Positions 12,920-18,768 of a stretch of DNA of 18,768 bases are shown here, piece by piece. The notes under the pieces are model-generated. The model ran no database searches and was not told where the DNA came from. It was given only the letters and a program-made list of their open reading frames with translations. The stretch lies in the IMG/VR virus record IMGVR_UViG_2923618136_000001. One strand, written 5' to 3'. The stretch comes from a virus. Lineage: Duplodnaviria; Heunggongvirae; Uroviricota; Caudoviricetes. Positions within the stretch are counted from its first letter, which is position 1; each line of letters opens with the position of its first letter. The position numbers were made by a program, and so were the translations under genes.

Positions 12920-14836
12920 TCAGGAGACGAGGCCGGCCGCCGCGGCGTACTGCAAGCCCCTATTCACGGTCTTGGAGGTGGGCTCGGCCTGCGGGTAGTT
13001 GTTCGTGACGTGCACCGTCACCTGGGATGCTCGGGCTGCGGCGTTCTGCCCGCTGAACCCTCCGCCGCCCTCGATGGCCACCACGGACCCGCCGTTGCCC
13101 GTGCTGCCCTCGATGGTGTTCTTCGGCTTCGGCAGCGGAACATCGAACTTGGTCGCGGTCCCCACGATGCGGCCCAGCCCGTCGCGGGCCACCGACTGCA
13201 CCTTGTCGACCATGATCTTGGCGGCGCTCATCGCGATTTTCTCGTTGTCCTTGATGCCCTTGGCCAGGCCGAGCACGGAGAACATGCCGAACTCAGCGAA
13301 GACCGTGGACGGCGAATTGATGCCGAGCAGGCCCTTGATCCAGCCGAGGAACCCGTTGATCAGGTTGCCGACCGAGGAGGTGAATTTGTTCCAGGTGTTC
13401 TGGAATCCCTGGATGATGCCGTTGACCATGTCCGAGCCCAGGGTCTGCAGCTTCTTGAACGCCTCGGTGACGGTCTTGCCGAAGACGCCGACCGCGTTCT
13501 TGATCAAGTCGAAAGCGCCTCGGAAGTCCCCTTGGAAAAGCTTGATGACCGCCTGCACGGCGCTCAGGACCAGGGGAATCACGGCGGTCGCGAGCTGCAT
13601 CAGGGGTGGCAGGAACGGCGTGACGGCAGCGACCAGCTTCACGAAGACCCCAGCGAGCAACGTCAGAACCGGGGTCAGCGCCTTGATGATCGTCACGATC
13701 GGCGGTAGAAGCCCGACCAGGAGCTGCGACAGCGGCGGCAAGATCGGCAGCAAAGCCGTGATGACCTGCCCGAACGCGGACGCGACCTGAGCCAGCACCG
13801 GCTGCAGCGCCACCAGAACGGGCTGCAGCGCCGCCGTCAAGGACTGCGCGATCTGGACCAGCACCGGCATGAGCGACGTCGCCAGGGTGGCCGCGAGCTG
13901 CAGGAACGGCGGCAGGAGCGGGATCACGGCGGTGAGGATCGCCCCGAAAGCCGTCACGATCTGAGCGATGACCGGCCCGAGCTGGATCAGAACTGGCGCA
14001 AGCGATGTTGATAGCGCGTTACCAACCCCGGCCAGCGCAGCGAAAAGCGGCCCGGCGACCTGCCCGGCCACCTGGACCAGGGCGGCGAGCACCGGACCTA
14101 TCGACTGCAGAACCCCGCCGATCCCGGTTACCAGGGTCGCCAGAAGACCGCTGTTCTGGCTCAACGCCTGCGTGATCGGCTCCATGAACCCAGCGATTTG
14201 CCCACCGAAGGTACCGAGGCTCCCGGCGAGCTGGCTGAGCATCGGAGCGACCGCCGCCACGAGTCCGGAGACTGCCGGCAGCATCGGCTGCAGGAAGTCG
14301 CCCAGCCCGGAGGTGAAGTCACCGATCAGCGGAGCCAGATCGGTGAACATGCCCTGCAAGGCAGGCGCGATCTCGCTGGAGAACATCGTCTTCAGCGACC
14401 CGGCCGCCTGGATCAGCGGCGCCTGGAACACCGTCGCGGCGTCCGCCATGTCCGCCTGAACCGAGGTCTTGAGATCACCGAAAGCGGCCTTCACCGCTGG
14501 TGCGGCCATCGCCGCGTTGATGCCGAGCTTCGCGATCCCGAGCGCGGCGCCAGCAAAAGCGAAAGCGACAGCGCCGCCGACCGCGACTCCGGCCGCTCCC
14601 ACCCCGGCCAGCAGCGCGCCGCTCTTGGCCCCGGCCGAGGCGATGGCCTTGCCCGTTGACGCCGCCCCCGACACGACGGCCGACGACATGCGTCCGGCCG
14701 CCATCCCGGCGGCGATCAGGGCGGCGTGGATCCCCGTCGCGTTGACCTTGATTCCAGCGGTGGCCCTGCTGAACGGCCCTGTCATCTGGTCTCGGAATGA
14801 CAAGGTGGCGTACAGGTCACCAATGTTGATCGCCAT
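12920..14836 (-). CDS. Tape measure protein 1, 638 aa
   Basis: N-terminus MAINIGDLYATLSFRD; amphipathic repeats; LGINSPSTVF...G motif; RBS AGGAGG; follows the tail assembly chaperone. Confidence 0.85.
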   Translation of the reverse strand: MAINIGDLYATLSFRDQMTGPFSRATAGIKVNATGIHAALIAAGMAAGRMSSAVVSGAASTGKAIASAGAKSGALLAGVGAAGVAVGGAVAFAFAGAALGIAKLGINAAMAAPAVKAAFGDLKTSVQADMADAATVFQAPLIQAAGSLKTMFSSEIAPALQGMFTDLAPLIGDFTSGLGDFLQPMLPAVSGLVAAVAPMLSQLAGSLGTFGGQIAGFMEPITQALSQNSGLLATLVTGIGGVLQSIGPVLAALVQVAGQVAGPLFAALAGVGNALSTSLAPVLIQLGPVIAQIVTAFGAILTAVIPLLPPFLQLAATLATSLMPVLVQIAQSLTAALQPVLVALQPVLAQVASAFGQVITALLPILPPLSQLLVGLLPPIVTIIKALTPVLTLLAGVFVKLVAAVTPFLPPLMQLATAVIPLVLSAVQAVIKLFQGDFRGAFDLIKNAVGVFGKTVTEAFKKLQTLGSDMVNGIIQGFQNTWNKFTSSVGNLINGFLGWIKGLLGINSPSTVFAEFGMFSVLGLAKGIKDNEKIAMSAAKIMVDKVQSVARDGLGRIVGTATKFDVPLPKPKNTIEGSTGNGGSVVAIEGGGGFSGQNAAARASQVTVHVTNNYPQAEPTSKTVNRGLQYAAAAGLVS

Positions 14837-14862
14837 GCCCGCCTCCTGGTCGTCAGTGCTGG

Positions 14863-15189
14863 TCAGTCGGAGGAGGGGATGCCGCGTCTGCGGCTGGTTG
14901 CCTTACTGGGAGGCGGGGCGAGCTGACGAGACAGCCGGGTGTCTTCCGCCAGCAGCCCGAGGATCCGAACCCGTAGCCACCGCCAGGACCGACCCGTCAG
15001 CACGCCGGGCGCGTCGAGGTCGATCCCGTAGTGGCTGTGCAGGTCCGCCTCGATCAGGTCCCAGTGGGTCAGGACGCCTTCCCACGTGAGGCCTTTTGGC
15101 GCGGGTTCGTACCACTCGTAGAGCCCCGTGACTTCGTCGTACTCGCCGCCGCCGATGAGGTCGCCGGGTCCGGGGCCTGTGCTTCCGGG
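14863..15189 (-). CDS. Tail assembly chaperone T-segment, probably expressed by -1 frameshift from the upstream ORF
   Basis: The -1 frame encodes HWDLIEADLH..YGID...RSWRWLRVRILGLL, typical of actinophage chaperone T segments. It has no RBS-supported start of its own. Candidate slip site CCCGGAA at 15189-15183. Confidence 0.65.
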   Translation of the reverse strand, partial: PGSTGPGPGDLIGGGEYDEVTGLYEWYEPAPKGLTWEGVLTHWDLIEADLHSHYGIDLDAPGVLTGRSWRWLRVRILGLLAEDTRLSRQLAPPPSKATSRRRGIPSSD

Positions 15190-15533
15190 CTGCCACCGGA
15201 CTCCCAATACCGCGTCGCGGTGTCGAGGTCGGCAGCGATCCACAGAAACGCCGTCACACCGGCGAGCTTGATCACCGGCCAGGAGACCTTGTCTGCGAGC
15301 AGCTCCCCATGGACGGGGCCGAGGCACCGCTGGTAGAGGTCGAGCTCCTCGCCGTCGTCCAGGTCGGCGAGGTCAGCCTGCTTGCCGTTCGCGGCGGCGA
15401 CACCGGCCTGCATGAGCCTCTGGCAGAGCAGGCCGGTCTCCGCGGACGGCGCCGGGATGGTGTACTCCTTGCCGCCGATCGGCAGGGTGAGCGTGGTGTC
15501 GAGAAACGCGTCGAGGGCCTTGAGCTTCGCCAT
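15069..15533 (-). CDS. Tail assembly chaperone (G-like), 154 aa
   Basis: Lies between tail tube and TMP; LDAFLD..LTLPIGGKEYTIPAP motif; low-complexity S/T/R tail overlapping the T segment. Confidence 0.8.
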   Translation of the reverse strand: MAKLKALDAFLDTTLTLPIGGKEYTIPAPSAETGLLCQRLMQAGVAAANGKQADLADLDDGEELDLYQRCLGPVHGELLADKVSWPVIKLAGVTAFLWIAADLDTATRYWESGGSPEAQAPDPATSSAAASTTKSRGSTSGTNPRQKASRGKAS

Positions 15534-15536
15534 GGG

Positions 15537-16007
15537 CTACGCCGCCGCCGGGTTCGTGATCTTGACGGGCTTGCCCTGGCCGAGGAGCTCACACTCGAAC
15601 GGCTCCAGGTCGGTGGTCTCGCCACCCGCGCCCTTGTAGTCCACGGCGGCGCGACCCTCGTAGGCGTCCGGCGAACCGTCACGGCGGTACCAACGGCACT
15701 GGATGTCCGCGCCGGGGCCGACCTCGTGGCCGGCTTCCCGCAGGAACTCCTGACCGGTGTCCGGCACGAAGGTCACCGCGTCGGCGTCCCGCTTGCGGTT
15801 GCCGTTGAGCGTCAGCGTCCACCCGCGCTGGGTGACGACCTGGGAGGCCCAGCCGTCGCCGTCGAAATCGCTGTCGTCCTCGGTCTCGGTGTTGATCTCC
15901 TCGCTGAACTCGGTGAGACCCTTGACGGGGGTCCAGACCGGCGTGGCCGCCGTGCCGGTGTTGACCTCGACAATCCAGTCCTTGGCGAGGAGGCTGCGCA
16001 GCGTCAT
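15537..16007 (-). CDS. Major tail (tube) protein, 156 aa
   Basis: RBS AGAAGGAG before ATG 16007. EVNTGT..TPVW..VKGLTEF, DFDGDGWASQVVTQRGW and WYRRDG..DAYEG motifs of actinophage tube proteins. Confidence 0.85.
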   Translation of the reverse strand: MTLRSLLAKDWIVEVNTGTAATPVWTPVKGLTEFSEEINTETEDDSDFDGDGWASQVVTQRGWTLTLNGNRKRDADAVTFVPDTGQEFLREAGHEVGPGADIQCRWYRRDGSPDAYEGRAAVDYKGAGGETTDLEPFECELLGQGKPVKITNPAAA

Positions 16008-16031
16008 GTCTTCTCCTTCTGAGCGCATGCG

Positions 16032-16059
16032 AAAAGCCGCCAGCAGATTCGCTAGCGGC
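16032..16059 (-). repeat. Conserved intergenic hairpin motif, copy B (terminator-like, followed by TTTT)
   Basis: Minus strand GCCGCTAGC-GAATCT-GCTGGCGGC-TTTT: 9-bp stem with one G.U pair. Confidence 0.7.
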
Positions 16060-16075
16060 AGTGGTTCAGAAACAG

Positions 16076-16537
16076 TTAGGGCCGGTGCGGGGACGGCCGG
16101 ACGCACCGCAGTTCGTAGCTGTCGGCCCTCTCCACCCGGCCCGACCCGTCCCGTGTGTGCGGGGTGATGATTCGCCGCTCGGCGAGCAGCACGAACACCC
16201 CTGTCGACAGCCGGTACTCGGACAGGCCGTGCACGGCGTTGAACACGGCGTCCGCGAGGTCGTCGGCCACACGAGGATCCGAGCCGCCGCCTCGCACACG
16301 GAACTGCACCAGCACTGAGCTGTCGGTTTGCTCGATGTCGTCACCGGCTTGGCCGAGGCCGTACGCCGCGATCGCGATGGCCAGGTCCGGTGCGGTCGGC
16401 AACCCGCCGAGCGTGATGGCGGTCTGCTCGGGCGTGTAGATCCCCTCGGGGTTCCAGTCGCCGGCGCCCTCGTCCTCCAGGAGCTGCCCCAGGCCCGAGA
16501 GCAGCAGCCGCGTCCATCCCTGCGGTGGTGGCGTCAC
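16076..16537 (-). CDS. Tail terminator (minor-capsid-3-like), 153 aa
   Basis: Position before the tail tube; VQFRVRG..DPRVADDLADAVFNAVHGL and RADSYEL motifs. Confidence 0.75.
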   Translation of the reverse strand: MTPPPQGWTRLLLSGLGQLLEDEGAGDWNPEGIYTPEQTAITLGGLPTAPDLAIAIAAYGLGQAGDDIEQTDSSVLVQFRVRGGGSDPRVADDLADAVFNAVHGLSEYRLSTGVFVLLAERRIITPHTRDGSGRVERADSYELRCVRPSPHRP

Positions 16538-16893
16538 CGGAACAGCTCCTTGAGTTGCTGCGCCAGGAGCGCCTGCACGGCGGAGGCTTCCTCTTCCAGG
16601 GCCGTCTCCAGGTACTTCGCCTGGCGGCCGGGCGCGTGCTTCCAGTCGAGGTTTTCGTGCTGAGCCACCGCGTATGGCTGGTCGTAGCTGATCGAGGCCC
16701 GCATCTCCGAGCGGTCCACGGACGTGGCGCCCGAGTTCTGCAGGTGACCCTCTTGGATCGGCACCCGCGTGTTCGCCACCCCCAGGACGTGCTCGGCGGC
16801 GTCCCTAAGCGCCCGCTCGGCCGCGGTCTTGGTCTTCTGGTCGAACACGGCCGGGCTGACGTGAAGGTCCAGCTTGATATCGATGTCTTTCAC
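16534..16893 (-). CDS. Neck protein, HK97 gp10-like, 119 aa
   Basis: RVPIQEGHLQNSG, YDQPYAVAQHE and PGRQAKYLETAL motifs. Confidence 0.8.
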   Translation of the reverse strand: MKDIDIKLDLHVSPAVFDQKTKTAAERALRDAAEHVLGVANTRVPIQEGHLQNSGATSVDRSEMRASISYDQPYAVAQHENLDWKHAPGRQAKYLETALEEEASAVQALLAQQLKELFR

Positions 16894-17204
16894 TTCAGCG
16901 CCACCTCCACGTGATCAGGTGTGGGCAGGCCGCCGCCGTCGCGGATCAGCGATGTGATGGCCGTGGTCGATCGGCCGTTGACCGTGACTCGGCTACCGGG
17001 CGGGCACACGACGCCGGGCTTGAAATACAGCGTCGTGTCCGAGACGATCTCCAGGCCGGTGGCGTCCCTGACAAGCTGGCGCTTGTCGTCGGCGAGGCAC
17101 GGCTCCGTCACCGGGGGGCCGAAGACCGGCCCGTACGCGCCTTCGCCCATCAGCGGCTCGATCACCGCCTCGTGCCGGAACATGAAATCCGGGATGGCGG
17201 TCAC
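16890..17204 (-). CDS. Head-closure / stopper protein, 104 aa
   Basis: EGAYGPVFG...CLADDKRQLVRDATG...PGSRVT pattern; coupled by 4-nt overlaps. Confidence 0.75.
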   Translation of the reverse strand: MTAIPDFMFRHEAVIEPLMGEGAYGPVFGPPVTEPCLADDKRQLVRDATGLEIVSDTTLYFKPGVVCPPGSRVTVNGRSTTAITSLIRDGGGLPTPDHVEVALK

Positions 17205-17581
17205 CAGGTCATCACCGCGATCAGGAACCCGGCCCGTAGAAGGATCGACACCGCGTCCTGCGCGTAGCGAGGCGCGGAGCCGTCCTTGCTCTCCACCCTG
17301 GAAAGGCGAACGGACCCCATCGACACGTCCTTGAAAGCCGACGCTGTGCCGTGCTCATCTCCCACGGCGAGCGTCCACGCGGCCTGAGCGCATGTCGCGC
17401 GGGCCATCGCGTCCCGCTCCTCCGCGTCCAGGGCAAGCCCCTGCGCGTCGGTTTCGTAGATGGCGTTGGCCAGCATCTCGTCAATACGTTCCGACGCCCG
17501 CGCGAGCCGCCGCTCGATGTCGGCCGGACCGGACTTGCCGGTGTAGTCGAGATAGTCCTCTGCCGTGGCGTAGGTCGGCAT
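17201..17581 (-). CDS. Head-to-tail adaptor, 126 aa
   Basis: YATAEDY...RLARASERID...RATCAQ...SMGSVRLS pattern of gp15-like adaptors. Confidence 0.8.
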   Translation of the reverse strand: MPTYATAEDYLDYTGKSGPADIERRLARASERIDEMLANAIYETDAQGLALDAEERDAMARATCAQAAWTLAVGDEHGTASAFKDVSMGSVRLSRVESKDGSAPRYAQDAVSILLRAGFLIAVMTW

Positions 17582-17584
17582 GGG

Positions 17585-17935
17585 CTACCCCGCAGGCAAT
17601 TCAAGGACCTCGACCGACAGGCCGGCCGGGTCCGAGTAGTCCAGGTAGACCTTGCCGTTGGCCTGGTTGTAGATCGCGGGCAGCGGCGGGATCAGCAGGT
17701 CCCCGGTGGTCGCCTCCACCGTGTAGGGGCGGTCCGGGATGGGCTGCCCCTCGACCTCGCCGGGGATCTGCACCGTGACCGTCCGCGCAGCGCCGTTGCT
17801 GTTCTTCACGCGAACCATGCGGCGGCCGTTGTTCACGAACATGTGGCCGTCCACGGTGGCAAGCGTGGGCAGCGCGCCCGCCAGGTCGTGGCCAGCGCGG
17901 GTCATCGGCGTGACCGGCAGATCAGCTCTAGCCAT
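17585..17935 (-). CDS. Conserved actinophage virion-region protein, 116 aa (possible decoration protein)
   Basis: Beta-rich; NNGR..VRVKN..TVTV and IYNQANG.V.LDYS motifs; located in the head operon. Confidence 0.65.
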   Translation of the reverse strand: MARADLPVTPMTRAGHDLAGALPTLATVDGHMFVNNGRRMVRVKNSNGAARTVTVQIPGEVEGQPIPDRPYTVEATTGDLLIPPLPAIYNQANGKVYLDYSDPAGLSVEVLELPAG

Positions 17936-18248
17936 CGTTGTCCTCCTCCTGGCCGAACTCCTTCACCAGCGACGCCTTGCTGAGCGCCTTGGCGTCCTTC
18001 TCAGCCATGCCGCAGTGGACCGCGTAGGCGACCCACTCGGCTTTGGGCTCGGTGTCGAGAGGCCGCGTGGATCGCGACGGCACCATGGGGATGGTGACGG
18101 TGCTCGGCGCGGGCACCGGTTCCGGGTCGGGGTCCGGGGCTTCCTCGGGGGCGTCGATCAGCAGCCAGTTCGACAGGTGATCGAGTCGGACTGACCGCTT
18201 CGGGGTCTCCCAGCAGTCACCCGTGTTGCTGTTGCGGTAGACGTACAT
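17928..18248 (-). CDS. Hypothetical head-region protein, about 106 aa
   Basis: YRNSNTGD N-terminus, Pro-rich linker, KAEWVAYAV...SKASLVKEFG small helical C-terminal module. ATG 18248 follows AGGTGG; the ORF track start is GTG 18257. Confidence 0.7.
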   Translation of the reverse strand: MYVYRNSNTGDCWETPKRSVRLDHLSNWLLIDAPEEAPDPDPEPVPAPSTVTIPMVPSRSTRPLDTEPKAEWVAYAVHCGMAEKDAKALSKASLVKEFGQEEDNDG

Positions 18249-18257
18249 GCGAGCCAC

Positions 18258-18635
18258 CTACGGATTCACTCGGAGATCGACCTGCACGATCACCTCTGCC
18301 GGGCTGCCGGCGGGGTCCGCGACGGTGACGGACAGGGTGTCGCCTGCTGCGAACGCCGCGTTCTGCAGCGCTGTCCAGCCCGTCCACCCATCGGTCGCGG
18401 TGGCGAGGTTCTCGGCGAGCAGGTCGCCCCCGTTGCGCTGGGCGTTGACGGTGCCGCCCGTCCCGCCAGCGCGGTAGGCGCGCACGGCGATGGCCGTGCA
18501 GCCGCTCGGAATCCTGGTCACCATGTAGGTGCCGGACTTGCCCTCGGGAACGCGGTATTCCTTGGTGAACGTGCGAACGGCGGACAGGTCGATCTCGCCA
18601 GCGTGTCCATCCACTGTGTAGACCTGGTAACCCAT
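18258..18635 (-). CDS. Small beta-sandwich protein after the capsid gene, 125 aa (possible decoration protein)
   Basis: RBS GGAGGGAG; CTAIAVRAYRAGGTGGTVNA...QNAAFAAGDTL...VQVD resembles a domain recalled from actinophage virion proteins. Confidence 0.65.
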   Translation of the reverse strand: MGYQVYTVDGHAGEIDLSAVRTFTKEYRVPEGKSGTYMVTRIPSGCTAIAVRAYRAGGTGGTVNAQRNGGDLLAENLATATDGWTGWTALQNAAFAAGDTLSVTVADPAGSPAEVIVQVDLRVNP

Positions 18636-18667
18636 CAGTGCTCCCTCCGTGAGGCTTGGAGATGGGA

Positions 18668-18692
18668 GGCCCGCCCCGGGGGTGGGCGGGCC
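18668..18692 (-). other. GC-rich hairpin after the capsid gene
   Basis: GGCCCGCCC-ACCCCCG-GGGCGGGCC: 9-bp stem, no real U tract. Confidence 0.5.
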
Positions 18693-18696
18693 GGAG

Positions 18697-18718
18697 ACGC
18701 TATCTGAAGCGCTAGCGT
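18697..18718 (-). repeat. Conserved intergenic hairpin motif, copy C
   Basis: Minus strand AC-GCTAGC-GCTTCA-GATAGC-GT, 6 nt after the capsid stop. Confidence 0.6.
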
Positions 18719-18724
18719 GATGGA

Positions 18725-18768
18725 TCAGTCGACGTCGGCGCCCTTGATGAGCACGGCCCGGTCGTAGT
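18725..18768 (-). CDS. 3' end of probable major capsid protein (partial)
   Basis: Reads ...YDRAVLIKGADVD-stop, resembling actinophage capsid C-termini, and sits upstream of the head-tail genes. Only 13 residues are visible. Confidence 0.5.
   Translation of the reverse strand, partial: YDRAVLIKGADVD

Noticed and set aside
12857-12922. TMP1-TMP2 fusion by readthrough or frameshift
   Set aside because: The two are in different frames, the TMP2 frame has TGA two codons before its GTG, and both are complete paralogs with their own N- and C-terminal motifs.
2571-14836. Duplications as an assembly artefact
   Set aside because: The copies are heavily diverged, with DNA identity limited to patches of about 24 bp or less, and are interleaved with single-copy genes.

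Overview
The window is the late (structural and lysis) half of a siphovirus-like phage or prophage of a high-GC actinomycete, read right-to-left on the minus strand. The order is: last codons of the probable major capsid gene, small head genes, head-tail joining genes, tail terminator, tail tube, chaperone with a likely -1 frameshift partner, TWO tandem full-length tape-measure paralogs (638 and 738 aa), ONE Dit, a plus-strand two-gene insert with its own promoter and palindromic operators, TWO paralogous hub/central-fibre genes (911 and 926 aa, divergent tips) each followed by a paralog of a small partner protein, then a membrane protein, amidase endolysin and holin. A bidirectional terminator and a convergent small HTH gene close the left end. 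The main candidate novelty is a duplicated tail-tip system sharing one tube and one Dit, with no recombinase in view; the second tape-measure RBS is buried in a perfect 14-bp hairpin. A conserved 22-nt covarying hairpin also recurs in three intergenic gaps. Functional calls rest on remembered family motifs and synteny; no database search was run.
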